Assembly (NCBI GenBank): GCA_021613535.1
Contig: CP075493.1
Span: 7,626,001-7,690,000, forward strand
Length of the DNA stretch: 64,000 nt
Direction of reading: 5' to 3'
Source: Adineta vaga
Lineage: Eukaryota > Animalia > Rotifera
The translations under genes and the position numbers were made by a program. Positions 44,702 to 60,086 of this stretch are shown here, in pieces. The stretch's first letter is position 1; the number at the start of each line of letters is the position of its first letter. A model generated the notes under the pieces. It saw only the letters and a list, made by a program, of their open reading frames with translations. It had not been told where the DNA came from and did not search any database.

Positions 44702-47700
44702 ATGAGCCGTCGATGGTGTATTCGTTTATTTTTTCTTGTTTTCTTTCTGGTTACTGTAGTTATTCTATATAATATGCTCGATTCAATCAGTACTGAAAGA
44801 GACTCTCAACAAGTAATATACATCGAAATACACTTGATCAATCAAGACTGTTAATAACTTTTTGATTATTATAGAGAACAAAAGAACAACATATGAAAGA
44901 TCAACTTGACTCTCTCGAAGATTCAATTCAAGATATTCATAAAATCTTAAAAGAAAAAGGTCAAATATTAAAATCAATCTCCGACAATACGACTTCAACG
45001 AATTCTTCACATCCAAAATGTATTTGGCGAACTTTATCTCCAATAAATACTACTTTCGAAGTGGATTTTTTTTATCTTCATATATATATGAACAATTTGA
45101 TTAGCTTTCTTCTAGATTCGTCAGCTATACGAACGTCTTCCGTTTGATGATCAAAATGGCGGTGTATGGGGTCAAGGTTTCGATATTCAATACAATGAAT
45201 CACAATGGACATCGGCTGATAAGTTAAAAATAATTGTAATGCCTCATTCTCATTGTGATCCAGGTAACTTGAAATTTCCAATCGAAAATTTTCTTTTTCT
45301 TATTGAACAATACTAGGTTGGTTGAATACATTTGAACGCTATTTTAAATATGCAACAAAAAATATTATTAATACAATAATAACAATGTTAGATAAAAATC
45401 AAAGTTACAGATTTATCTGGGCTGAAATGTCTTTTCTAAGTTTATGGTGGGATCAAGCTACCAATGATCAACGTCAATTATTAAAAAAATTTTTACAAAA
45501 TAAACAATTAGAAATTGTTACTGGAGGTTGGGTGAGTGAATAATCAAAAGAAGATCCATTAATTTCTCTTATAATCATGTTTTTTGGAATATTTTAGGTC
45601 ATGAATGATGAAGCAAATACGCATTATTTTGCAATGCTTGATCAACTGATTGAAGGACATCAATTTATTGAACAAAATTTAGGTAATATTACTATTGAGA
45701 ATAGTTGGGCAAATGATCCATTTGGTTATTCACCAACGATGGCATATTTACTTCAACGTTCTGGTATAAAACACTTAGCTATTCAACGGTGCAAATTCTG
45801 AAGAGTTTTCTTTACTTGAATTATTTAAATTCATTTCATTTAGGGTACATTATCATATTAAAAAAGCATTAGCTAAAGAAAAACGATTGGAATTTTTATG
45901 GCAACAATCATGGGGTAAATGAACTTTTATGAAAAATTAATTTTCTCTCTATATGATACAAATAGATCGAATGGGATCTACACGAATATTTACACATATA
46001 CTTCCATTTTATGCGTATGATATTCCACATACATGTGGACCTGATCCAAAAGTTTGTTGTCAATTTGATTTTAAACGAGGAAGTGATTCTTATACCAGTT
46101 GTTCATGGGGAATAAATCCTGTTCGAATAAATGAAGAAAATCTGTTAGAAAGGTATATGAACTATTTGATAATTATCTATAAAAAAAACAACCTTTTTTT
46201 CTTCTTCTTTTTCTTCGAGATCACAACTATTATTAGATCAGTATCGAAAAAAAGCTCAATTATATCGCACGAATGTGTTATTTATTCAATTAGGTGATGA
46301 TTTTCGTTATAGAACAATTAACGAAGCTAAACTTCAATTTGATAATTATGATAAATTATTTTCCTATATGAATCAACGCATGGATTGGAATGTAAATGTA
46401 AGATTTTCTTATTATTGATTGTATTTTCGTATATAATTGAAATTATTATTAGATTCAATATGGTACATTGAATGATTATTTTGATCGGGTGACAAAAATG
46501 AAATCTATTGAAGAATTTCCAAGTTATACCGGAGATTTTTTTACATATGCCGATCGAGCGGATAATTATTGGAGTGGATATTATACATCACGAGCGTTTT
46601 TTAAAAGATTAGATCGAATTGTTGAATCGTATCTTCGGTAAGACTAATTCAATCCAATAAAATCGATTGAAAATTTTTAGCAAATTTTAGAGCTACTGAA
46701 ATACTCTTTTCTATTGCCTATTTGAAAGTGCTTGAAAGAAAAATACCAAACTATTTCCCAATCGATGAACTATTTTCAATGTTAACTCAAGCACGACGGA
46801 ATCTCGGTCTTTTTCAACATCATGATGGTATTACAGGTACAGCTAAAAGTCATGTTGTTGATGATTATGGAAGAAAGTAAGCTAACGAAATACACAAATA
46901 TCAGTTCAATGGCTTCTTTTTCTTTTTAGATTGCTATCAACCGTGTACATGGCTCAAGATATTATGCTACAATCTGCTACTTATCTTCTTTTTCAAAATG
47001 ATTATTTCTTTCAGCGAAAAGTTTTAGCTTCTAATGAAGAATTTCTTGCATATGACATATTACCAATCAAACGCTTATTACAATTTGATGATAACGAACA
47101 AAAACATCGTGTACTGTATATTTATAATCCAACTGATCAAAGACGGTTGGAATTTGTTCAAATCTTTATAAATACATTCCGTGTACATATAACGAGTAAT
47201 AAAAAAACGATAGAAACATGTCAAATAGAACCAAAATGGTCTCGAAAACAATCGAATATAATGGAACAAAATCAATTTGAGGTTAGTTGTGAAGATTTGT
47301 TGTCTATGAACTTTTACTTTTTATTTCAGTTACTTATTCTTGTTGATATTCAACCATATTCGATTAAAGAATATACAATTCATACCAGTACGGAATATGA
47401 ACAATCATGTACATTAACAAAACTTCAATATATCCATGAACAGCATGTACCAAAGAATTTATCAGCGTGAATAGAATGCTTTCATTTCATATGTTAAGAC
47501 ATCAATGTAATTCTTTATTTACTATTTTAGACCATTTCCAATAGAAATTATTGGTACAAAATTAATTCAAATTGAAAATCGTTTTCTTGATGTAACTTTT
47601 TCGAAAACGGGTGCAATACTCAATCTACATGATAAACATTCCGATGAAAATCTTCGTTTTCACTCTAATATGATTCAATATGGTACATCAAAACAATCTG

Positions 47701-49304
47701 ATCATCATAGTGGTGCTTATTTATTTATACCAAATGGAAATGCACAAGAAATACCAATGAGTAATTTCAATTTGATTCGTATTCAACAAGGTTCATTCAT
47801 TCATCGAATCGATCTCATCAATGATTTATACAGTTTACAATATCGATTAACAAATACAAATGGTTTGTTTCACATTCGTTTTGTAAATTTCCATTTCTAA
47901 AATGTAAAAGAATTGTTATAGATGCAAATGATTATACAATTGAACTTGATGTGATTACTCATTTAACAATGAACAAAGATTTCGAATTAGGCATACGATT
48001 TTCCACTGGTATCAAGAATGGACCAGAATTCTTTACAGACTTGAATGGATTTCAGGTGATAATCGATTGAATCATAATATCTCTCAATCGATAAATTTAT
48101 TTCTTCTTAGATGATTCGTCGAAAAACATATGAGAAATTATCCTTACAAGGAAATGTATATCCAATGCCAACAATGGCTTATATTGAAGATGATTCGACG
48201 AGATTTACTATTCTTACTGGTCAACCATCCGGTGTTGCATGCCTTAAATCAGGTAATTATTGTATTTAGTGTTTTTGTTTACATTCTTGCAAGAAAAAGA
48301 TTGATTTTTTATCTAAGTGAAAAAGAAAGTTCTCAACAGGAATATTTATTTAGTTTTCTAACGGCTGAAAACACATTATTCATAATATTGATCAATTTCC
48401 CTTACTTGTACCGACACAATGAGGTCTATGCAAGTTGATGTGCAAATGCATTTTCTTTTTGGAACTATACTCAATAGGGGAATTGTCCGGAAATCAACGG
48501 TTGGAGTTGACTCCCCAATGGAGTTGTTAGAGTTGAATTCTTCTCTAACTTTTTGTTGACGTTCTTGAACATTGATTTAATCAATTCTTTTTCTGTATCT
48601 TGGTTTTTTTCTCTATCGTAGGTGTTATTGATGTTTTTCTTGATCGACGGTTAACTGAAGATGATGGACGTGGTTTAGGTCAAGGTGTGATGGATAATCG
48701 TGAAACGATCAGTACATTTAAACTTCTATTTGAACGACGTCACACAGTATTTCAAATAGATATTTAAACAAAATAGAAAATATTTCCGTAAATTCTATTT
48801 AGATCATCGATCAAACATTGTTAACTGGTTATCCTACTCTTCTCGCTCATCATTTATCTATAGAACTTCTTTATCCAGTACATGTTCTTCAATCTTTCGT
48901 ACCAACTGCAGTTCAAGATGAACTTGATCTATTCGTTAAATCATCCTTTCTTCCTAGTGATTATCATTTAGTTAATCTTCGAACAATAAATAATACGAAA
49001 TCTAATGCAACAAAAAATCTTGCATTGATTGTTCGAAGATTTGCTTATGATTGTGATGATAATTATGATCAATTATATTATTTTGAACAAGTTAGTCAAT
49101 GTCTAAAAGAAATTCTTAACAAATCATTTAAAAATTTTCTTCTACTTTTAGCCAAGATTCGATGATTTCTTTCTATCGAATCAAATTCAATCCATTGAAC
49201 AAACTTCTCTATCTTTACGTTATGTCCAACAACGAGTCAATCTTACATCTAAACTCACTGTACCATATGCTGAAATTGTAACATATAAAATTCATTTGTA
49301 TTAA
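44702..49304 (+). CDS. MAN2A: Golgi alpha-mannosidase II (GH38)
   Basis: Type II anchor [23 protein letters not shown]. Motifs [74 protein letters not shown] and [16 protein letters not shown]. Confidence 0.95.
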
Positions 49305-51310
49305 TACTCATGTGTAAACTATTGTTTCTCATTTTGAATATTTTTATTGTTTGATAATGATTCTATAACAAAATAAATATTATGTGACTATATATCGTCA
49401 TAAAATCGATAGGAAATGTTCGTCGTGAATAGAATCTAAGAAACGATGATCTTTAATGTCTATTTTAATTAAATTTATCGAAACTTTACCGGAAATTGTA
49501 ACTTTCTAAGTAGTGCTATTCTCTGTTGAGTACTCCATATGTTAGACATTCATATCCGTTCGATAGAGATATGAGAAAATTAAAATATCTACGAGATTTT
49601 CTAGTTTATTTCATTGTTTTTCAATGAGAAGTTATTCTAATCGTCGTTGATGACAGACGGAATGCTATTATTTGTTTACAAATACTGTTACTCAAATATA
49701 ATATTTATTAATTTTTGAATGTAAAACCGTTTTATTACGTACAACTAATAACTTTTCGAATATTAATGACCTAGATTAGATGAAAATCATAAATCTCGTT
49801 GTCTAAATGACATTAACCTATTTTGTAGAATCATAAATCAAAGATAAGTTCTAATTATAGAATCAATGACGACAATAGACAAATATACTGTCTTAAAGTT
49901 TGTCTTTTTGTTTCCAGAGTTGTTAACTAATGTATGTTTTACTATAACATTTTTTTTTCTATCTGACCAGAAAAAGAACTCGACGGTAATGATAACATCG
50001 ACAACTATGTGTCAACAGTCTCTTTAACGCATTACATTCTTCTCGAGTTTTTTTTTCTGTCTATTATGACTTCCTTGATAATGTGCAGGCAACAAAATCA
50101 TTTTGCTCGCTTGTCTTTAACAGGAATAACAATAAAACGTCGAGAAAAATAGTGAGAATGAGAGAAAGAGAGAACAAAGACGAACAAAAAAGAAACCCGT
50201 TGTGATTGAAAGCGGTCAGTCCTTTAGCGATTTATTCATTATAACAAATAACGGTAAGTCATCGGTGAAAAGCGAGATGTAAAAGAGAAGGAAGAAACAA
50301 AAGCTCAAGTAAAAAGAAAAACATATTTAACATAATACAAGAAGTAAAGACATAAGATAGGATATCCGATCTTCCTATTTTATTTTCAATAAAGATGTTG
50401 AGTGTTCTTTGATATATGTATCTGTGTTATTCTTTGAATTTTTTTACGTGTAGAGAAAGAGAAAAAAAGTCACTTTAAGAAATAAGAAAAAGAAGAGGAA
50501 GTGCTGTAGCATGAATCAATGATCAAGTGTTGTTATTTGTTCCGTTACATGATTTCGTATATTTGATGGCAATGACAGTCATATAGATGGTAGAAAACGA
50601 TTCCTTTGTAGAAACACGTTGACTTCTTTTTTGACGACGGAAAACAATAGGGAGGCAAGAAAGAAAACCGAGAGAACAAATACTATACGCTAATTTAAGT
50701 CTGACACGAAATTTATTGTTGATTGAATAAACAATTTTATGCATTGATCTTGTCATTCAAATGCAATGGCCTTTCTCTATACTGACTCGTCTTTCGTTAA
50801 CATCTCTAACATAAAATAGTAAATTGAATAGGCAGAATCCCATCTTAGCATTTTGTCTAAACGAGCTTTTTTCTACGAACAAAATATAGGGCCAAATAGA
50901 GAGCGGAATAAGATACATAGATAGAGAAAGCGAAAAGGAAAGCGTAGCGCAACGCATTAGCCCCAATTTGTTGTTGTGTCGATGATGACAAAGCGAATAA
51001 AAAAAGAAGAAAAAAGAAAAGAACAAGAGGGAATAGCAAACACAAGCTAGTGGCTTAACCAAATTCATACTAGCGAGAATGTTGTTGACGATAGACTCAA
51101 CAAGTCTTCGTCGATAGTACCCGATCAGACACTTTGAGATCTAATAAAACACTACATAGAATATTATTTAACATCACCTATACTATTCTTTTGATAGTAT
51201 CGATTAGATTACCACGTTTCTTTTTCTTTTCTAGATCATTATGAGTTAATTGATTGTATTATTGACTGAAAATCTCCTCTTGAATTCAACGTAATACCGA
51301 ATGGTTGATA

Positions 51311-51969
51311 ATGAAAATTGTAAGTATTAATCAACAAAAAAAAGAATGTTCTTACGGTGAAAAGATAAGCAAACAACAATATAAGATAGATAAATGTACT
51401 TGTCCGATGAAAATTAATCTGCATTGTATGAATATGTCAATAGATAGATAGATGAGATATTTTGTTTCTTTTAATACATATTCTTATTTAGTGTTTGTGT
51501 TTTTTTTCTATTGAAACAGTTGTCTAGTGTTTATCTGTCTTTATTAATCCATCAATTACGTACATTAGTTGTTGTTGTTGCAAAAGAAACATGTAGTATG
51601 GCAAAATTTGTTTGTTATCAATGTGATTCGCGTGTCGATGATTATTGTGGTGATCCATTTAAAATGCATCGTGCTAATCGAACAGTTGAATGTGCGGATT
51701 ATTGTGTAAAATTTTTTCATTTCGATGGAATATCAAGCAATGAAACATTTATTCGTCGAGGTTGTTTAAATGATTATTTTCTTTATCGATTGTCCAAAAT
51801 AGATGTTTGTTATCGACATGCAACTGGTGCAAATTTTAGTACGGGAAGATTTTGTATGTGTGCAAAAGAAATGTGTAATCGGGCATCAATGGACAATCAA
51901 TTTTCGTCATATATCATCTTGGGATTTCAATTATTGATATTAATTAAATTAAAAAGGATATTTTCGTAG
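51311..51969 (+). CDS. Ly6/quiver(sleepless)-like three-finger GPI protein
   Basis: First exon ATGAAAATT|gtaagt joins at 51520. CYQCDS..DDYCGDPF...ECADYCVK...RGC...FCMCAKEMCN plus a hydrophobic tail. Confidence 0.75.
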
Positions 51970-54900
51970 AATTTAATGATGCATATTTTATGCATGTGTG
52001 AACTTTCTTTTTTTTTTGTAATGTAAATTATCTATCATTTGTACAATGAGATACCTCGATAGTCTAATGTATGTTTCGCCATATAGAGATATCGATAATA
52101 TCTAATGAGACATCGCAGACTTTTAGCATTAAATATCGAGCTTTTTTTGTTTCTATTAGACTGAGAAAAACCTTCAGAATCGATTTGAATGAATGGTTAA
52201 CGTATTTTCGTTACCCTTGATTTTCTTGACTTGTCAAGGTTTGTGCGTTTATTTATTCTGAAATAAACCCTTTTGTAGAAATGACGAACTACGAAACATA
52301 AGCAGTAATCAAGGAGAAACAAAATAGCAGAATGTGTTATTTTCATGCTACATTTAGTTTGTATCTTGGACTTGGGTATATCGTCGATATTGATTGGTTA
52401 TAGTAACTAATATCAAGATTATATTCCGTATGAAAAATTTTAATCTCCAACAATGAAAGATATTGATGGATCAAAGTTTATATATAATACATAATTAGAT
52501 TAATAAGATTCGATGTAAAGAGAAGGAGAAGAAGAAGAAGAAGAAGAAGAAAACGAAGTATTGTGCCGATTGACTTGATCTAAATACTGCTTCTTGCTTT
52601 TTCTCTTTGTAACAGCAACGTACTCGAGCAAGAGATGATTTATTTAGTCTATTTCTGCTGTATAAGATAAGACAATGTGACATCTGGAAATCATTTATCT
52701 AGAAAAGAATTTCTTTCATAAAGTTCGAAGACTTTTTCAATTATTTATTAGATTTTTCATTTATTAAATTGATACGTTATTTCTAGCCATATTCTACACA
52801 ACAATTATTATAAGATAAGCATACATTGAAATTAGAGACAAACAATTGTCGTTATATACTAATGATAATCAATTGAAAATGTCTTGTTACAGTTTTCATC
52901 GTCCTGAGACAAAATGATCACACTTCTTTTTTTCTTATTATTCATACAATGTCTGGATATCATCTCTAAACCACAAGGCTTCTTTTCGTGCAAATACTAT
53001 ATTTCCATAAATGACGAGAAAACAGAAAATCTGTTTTCAAGCTTCTATATATATATATATCAATTACACTCATGTATATAGAACTGCAAAAATAAATTCC
53101 AATAAAAACGAGTAATAACTTATTGAGATAATCTTTCATAAGAATATATGGCCGAAAAAAAAGCACTTTATATTAAAAGTCTATTTTTGGACATGATCAT
53201 CTCTTTCTTTCGAAAGGCGAAAAAAATATCATTTTCATGTTGTTATTGATGACACACTCCGATCGAGTTTTTCTTGCCATCTATTTCCTACTGAATCAAA
53301 TTTATGAACATATGCTATATATTTCCGTTAGATATTCAAATTCGTTCAGACATTTAGCGAGAAGATCATTCTGAACTAGTTAAAGCAAGATATCTATAAT
53401 TCTCTTATTGAAACATCATTATTTTTCATTCAATAGCTACTGCCATCTTTCTGCACTAATAGTTTCAATGAGTTTTCTTTTGGTTTATTTTTCTCATAAA
53501 ACTTTTAATGACACTCGCAAAAACTATTCTAGCTTGAATAATTCAACAAATCTAACAAGAGTCAGCAGAGCACGCTCTAATGATGATATGGATTCACACA
53601 TTTGTGTGTTGTTCAAATGTATATGATCATATCTTTGAAAGAAGAGAAGCGAGGAGAAGAAGAAGAAGACTGTAAATTATTCATCTGTTCAGTACAGTAG
53701 AAGCAAATCGGAAAATGATAGTTCCTATTGACAGATGAAGTTCAAGGTTTTTTTGTTCTGAAAATGTGTTGTTTGCTGACAGATGTGTTCTTCAAGAAAA
53801 AATCGTAAGTATTTTTTGATCGATATTATCAATATTCCACGTATGATATGGCTTAGACGATTGATATGAAGCTAAAAACCTTGTATGACTTCTGAGAAAA
53901 TTTATGTCCATAAATGTATACACATAAGATTTTTATTCTTTTTCGATATGATAGATGATCGGAAAGAAAATCTTGTTCTTTTTAATTAAAATGATCTAAT
54001 TAGAATTTCTCATAAATGTACTTTATATGACTTGTTTGCTGTCAAATTATTAATTGAACGATCGAATTGAATTAAAAAGGAATGCAATGTTTCTAGAAAG
54101 TCAAGTTAATAACATGAGCTAATGTAGATTTTATTTCTAATTTCTTATTGCTTTATTTAGTTATTCTAATGTATTACTTTGAATTGCCATTTTTTTATTC
54201 AGCTTAAACAATCGATAGGTACTAAATATTTATTCATCTGTAAATCCTTTCTCACATGATATAAAGACTAATGTTTTGTACTTATGTTACTGATAAAGCT
54301 TTCAGATAGATAATATAGAGTATATATTTAATAAAAATCAAATGCAAATAGATGACTGGCTGATATTTATTATTGACATTAATTTAATAGAAAACAAATC
54401 AAATCTTATCTGTCATAGGTTTGAATTTTATTAATGAATGTAATTGAATTGTTCTATCGAAACATAAAAACATCTAAATAATATTTGAACATTAGATAGT
54501 ATTGGTATAAAAAAATGTATTCGATCGACCGAAATAATTACTTTTTGATTCAATCTTTATATTTCAACAAAACTATTAAATCATTCATGTCATCAAATGA
54601 TCCCTGTTATCACACAAACATGTATAATCAGATTAATCAACAGACAGATATGTTGGATACCTAATATGAGGCTGATCCAACGCAGCGGTTTTCTTTTTTC
54701 ATATTATAGAACAACGTGTTGTTGATTAACTGATTCCTAGGATTTGTAAGATACACACATACACATAAATGTCCGTCTTATATGTGCACCCATTAAAGTG
54801 CTTTGATTATTATTTTCTCTCGATCTAGTTTTCTCATTTGTCTACGTGCCTGTTTTGCGCAAACAAGATCGATGGTTAAAACAGATAGTTAAAGAATATC

Positions 54901-55383
54901 CTCTGCTAGTAAGAATCTGAGACGATGCTGATAGTTGTTGTTGTGCTTGCTGGTATATGCCAATCTCAGCGGTGTTGTACAGAATACAAATGATAGGAGC
55001 GTGTTGTCCCAAAGTTGTAGTAAAAAAAAGAAAGAATATGTAGGACAACTGTTTTTTTTTCAAGCATTCGAGAAGAAGAAGAAGGAGAAGGAGAAGGAGA
55101 AGAGAGACAGAGAAAACGAGTAGATAGAAAGAAAGGAGAAGAAAGACATTCGTTACGGAGAATGACAAGAAACGGTAAAGACGGTAGCTCGTATAGCGTA
55201 TCGTCGATAGCATTCCTTTTTTTCTCTTGTTTCTTCTCTCGAGAAATGTAAGAAGACATATTTACTCGAGAATAGTAGGAAAATAGTGATCGATAGTTGT
55301 GATTTTCTCAAATTATGCCTAGTGGAAATGGATCATCCTATTTACTTCTCATTATTTAGATCTTCTATTTTAAAACCAATAAA

Positions 55384-57786
55384 ATGAAAATGGTGTCATC
55401 CTATTCAACGAATACTGATGATATTCATACACGACCATCGAATACAGTTGTAGCAAATAATCGAAATGCTCGTTCAAGTCATATATCAATTTCATCAAAT
55501 AAACGATCATCAGTAAATAAAGGTGGAACGAATTCGACTAAAATCAACCAAGGAATGTTTCGTCGTGCTGTTCCCCAAATGCCACGTGTTCTAGCTATAA
55601 TCTGTTTTGTACTCAATTTGATTTTACCAGGCACCGGTAAGAACTCAGATTCATGTGTGATATATATAGTTTCGTTTTTTAACGAAGTCTTGTTCATCTT
55701 CTCCAAGAACATATTGTACGATCGGATACTTTAAATTTAAATTTCTTTCTAATCTTGATTGTCAACATAAGCGCGTGTCAGTCCAGTATTGCCATTTCAT
55801 CATTTTAGTTGTCATACTGATTTAGTTGACATGCGGACAGGTTTCCTTGAATTTAATTGTTTGTTATTGTTGTTCTGGTAGTTTTTTTTCTCACACAATA
55901 TTTAATCCGCCCTTTATGGTAACAGTCATAACAAGAACATTAACGCATGTTGATTGGAAGATCTATAGAAAAAATATATGGAACACAATACAGCACAACA
56001 GATAGAAGGTATATCTGCGTACTAGGAGATACACATGTGTGAAAATGATTGCTATATGTCAAACAGCCTAGTGACAAACAATATCGTGTCGTGTATTGAT
56101 AAATGATAAATAAGTCCATTTACAAATAGTTAGACATCAACCAATTGTTTTCAATGCCGAGTTTTTTGTGATAATCGTATGTAGAAAACTTTGTTGCTTC
56201 TTTTTACAATCGCTTTTTTCCCGTATCAAATCACTACAAAGTTTTATTGGTAATCTTAGACGCTGAAGAGTGCTTTCACTTAACGATCAGGTATCACAGA
56301 TTAGAATAGTGTTGTAAATACATGAAAATGTAAGCATTCTGAAGTGAATAAACATTAGTTTCATCAAATTACATTGTCACGGCAATAGACTAGAATAAAA
56401 GCAAGAAAGGAAGCAGACAACAAGAAATAGATGTCTTGTCAGCAAATTGATTACCGAAGAAGAACACATATTCTTTCTATTTTAGGGACATTAATTAGTG
56501 CATTTGCAGTATTCTGTTGTGGAAAACAAGATTACGAGAAAAACATTGTTGCCTGTTTGTATAATATTCTTGCAGCTATTTTACAAGGTGCAACGATATT
56601 TATACTTGTTGGATGGATCTGGTCAGTTCGATGGGGCATACTTTTTGTTCAATTATCAGGTAAAAAATTGTTCTCAAGAAAAATGAAGAAGTTAGATTGC
56701 ATTGAACATGATGATTTTCTTTTCTGGATTTCTATGTGAGTACAAATACATAGTGAGAAGAATATCTAATAAAACACTAACATCGTGACATTATTCATCG
56801 AACAAAATAATGACAGATGCGCGAACGAGGAGAAAAAAGTAATTGAAATGTGCTTGAACAAATAATAAAAAATATAGATAGAATAAATGATAAGATTAAC
56901 TCATTGAAAAAAACCGAATTTTTTTATTCTATTAGCAAGATTAGAAATGTTATTAGCGTTCTTCATGTTTGAATTCTATCGACAGAAAAGAAAAGCTATA
57001 TTTAGATTAATTATGAAGTCTATTTCGAAGATGAATGTTACTCAATTAGAAAATCTTGCCGAGTTCGTCCAACATTCTTGTCATCTATTTGATAACAATA
57101 TATTAGATCAATACATACACACTTAAAGTTCGATTGTTTTTTCACTCTTTTATATCATCAATGAGTTATTTCGATAGCCGGAAAATCCGGACTAGCAACA
57201 AAAGAGTCAAAGAAAAACAGCAGTTGAATCATTCTCAAATGCTTTCAAAAGTAAAAATATTGATCAGTTTCTGTAGAATGATACATTGTAAAGGAATTTA
57301 TATTCGTATTGTATGTCAACGATAATATAGATGCATATGCGAATTTATTTAATGAATAAAGAAGAAAAAAGATTATTTTTATCTATCTTTATGTGACTTA
57401 TAATATCCCGATTGATTACGGTGAATTAACTCATTTGAATCGAATTTTAAGTGTCTAGCTAATCCGAGAAACCTATTGACCTAGAATTGATAATAAGAGC
57501 AGGAAATATGTGACAAAGAATATTAAAGTAGATTTCTATAGAATATAAAGTGCTCGAAGAAAAATATATTGAAGTTTTTCTTTCTTCTTTCAGAATCTTT
57601 ATTAGATAAATACTTCTTTTTCATTCGTACTTTCTAGGCAATAAAACCATGACAACACAACCAACACCGTTCTATGTTCGTCGTCAATCAAGTGTTGATA
57701 CACATACTCAACCATTTCTAACACAAATGGTTGCACCGCGTGTACCACCAGTGCTTGAAGATACAAACGAAATGGATCTTGTATGA
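55384..57786 (+). CDS. stum: Protein stum homolog (stumble/SPEC3 family membrane protein)
   Basis: FRRAVPQMPRVLAIICFVLNLILPGT|GTLISAF...AAILQ...ILVGWIWSVRWG. Three coding exons, the last ending DLV*. Confidence 0.85.
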
Positions 57787-58868
57787 TGTGTCATCTAATC
57801 TTTAATAGCCTATCATCATTCTCATCAGCATATGATGGATTTAATCCAAGACAACTACGAAGAAGTTAGCATTCTTCCTACTATAGTTATCATTTCAACA
57901 CTGTGATAATCTTGACATTATATACATATATGTATTTATTGCTGCCATTGTTGCTCTAGATTGTTTACATTGCATGATATCATCTACGTATACATACATT
58001 TTTGATTTTGTGCAAAATATTTTCAGTGTAGTTTGTATTTGATATTCTTCGAAAAAACAACCAATTTTGAATATAAATTTTAGAATTAGTCATTATGAAT
58101 AAGTTAGACAATATATATTTATTGATTAGAAATGAAAAAATTATATCTGTTTTTCCTTATTAAAATCATTAATTTTGATTGTTATTAATCAAATTATCAA
58201 ATGTATTCTTATGAAGAATATAATTTAATTAATTCAGATGGTTTCAAAGTATTTCAAATAAATAAAATCAATAGAGCATACGTTGAGTATTAAAATAATA
58301 GTATGAGAAGACATCTATTTACATGATATCTATCTCGTTCCTATTGCACTCTTAAAAAATGATATATTATATTGGTTTATTATATAGGTTAATACATTAA
58401 CTATGACAATCGATTTTTCATCTTCTATAATCCGTTGATAAACGATGTTATTCATGGAAGATTTTCGAACAATGATCAATTCTGTCAAATCGTTAAATTG
58501 CTATTGTATTATTGAATGTTGTATGTAATCCATGTCTCATTCTATAGGAAATGAAAAGCATATGCAAATGTAAAGATCGACATAGAATTACATTGAAAGC
58601 TTTCTCTCTTGTGAAGTTTATCATTTTATGACTCAATGATATCGAAAATGAATTTATACTATATCCATTTTGAATAGAAGTTGCATTGTCAGAGCTTAGG
58701 AAAAAAAAGATTTGTTGACTTTCAGTTTAATATTTACTATTGAGAATGATCTTCCATTAGATGCCACTCGAGTCCGTTTTGTTCAATTATTACAAGGAGA
58801 GTATTGCCTAGTGACAGCTTACACTTTGAATATATAAATGTGAACTTTTCTTGTCCTCATAATTCTAA

Positions 58869-60086
58869 ATGCCGATTGCTAATCTAACTAACGGAATACC
58901 AAGTGATCGAAGAATTGATCAATTCATACCGGTAATTATTCAGTTTTGTTCTAATAATTTCTCGATTTCCTATCTTTATTTTATTGTAGCCATATGGATA
59001 TCTTTCATCGATAGATGCTTTTCCTAATTTTGATGATAGTGTAATCAATTATTCAACTAATCAGCGTAGTCAAAAACCTTCGTAAGTATTTTATTTATTC
59101 ATGTGCTAATCAGCTCTTTTTCTTTTGTGAAATTATTTTTTTAGAAATCTCATTTGTAAATTAGTTATGGTCGGTGATGTTGCTGTAGGAAAATCATGTT
59201 TAGCGACAAGGTATAACATTTAGAAAATAGAAAAAAGATATTTCAAAGACGAAAAGAAACGTTTTAGATTGTGTCATAATACATTTGATCGAAATTATAA
59301 AGCAACAATTGGAGTCGATTTTGAAGTAGAAAAATTCTTGATTCTTGGTGTACCGATGTCATTACAAATATGGGATACCGCTGGTCAAGAACGATTCAAA
59401 TGTATTGCGGGTAAATATCTTTTCTTTTTATGATTTATCAATTGTCCTAAAACTGTATTTGTCAGCTGCCTATTATCGTGGTGCTCATGTCGTTATTGCT
59501 GTATTTGACATGAATGATCTTGATACATTAAAAAGTGCAGAACGTTGGGTTAATGAAGCATTACAAACTATAGCTAATGATAATCCATTGATATACTTAG
59601 TTGGTTCCAAACGAGATCTAATCGTATGTACAATAATATTGCTCATGTAAATAATTCTTTTCGTTATATTTTTACAGACGGATGAGAGAATTTGTGCAAA
59701 AATCGAACAGACAGCTCGAATAACTGCAAAACGTTTAAATGCAGAATTTTGGTCATTATCATCTTTAACAGGTTAGAATGTTCATTTAAATATTGATTGA
59801 AAGAAAAGAAAAGAAATTGAATTATAGGACAACGAGTTCCAGAATTCTTCAAACGTATTGCTTGTGTATCATATCAAACATTAGTGAAACAACAATTGAA
59901 TCCTCTGAATACATCTAATGAAAAAGCCACATCAAAAACTCAGTTAGCTGTTAGTCTTACACCAATCGATGGTAAGTAATTTTAAGACAAAAAAGAATGA
60001 TTTGATCATTTCTAATTAATGCTTTGTGTTTCCAAGGTCATATTTCTAAACAACAATCGAAAGATACTTGTTGTAATACAAGTTGA
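58869..60086 (+). CDS. Rab34/Rab36-like small GTPase
   Basis: GDVAVGKS, FDRNYKATIGVDFEVEKF, WDTAGQERFKCIAAAYYRGA and YLVGSKRDL (SKxD, typical of Rab34/36), with C-terminal CCNTS. Confidence 0.9.

Noticed and set aside
52000-55300. Short F/L/K-rich ORFs in the long region upstream of stum
   Set aside because: They arise from purine/pyrimidine microsatellite tracts, with no motifs or consistent splice structure.
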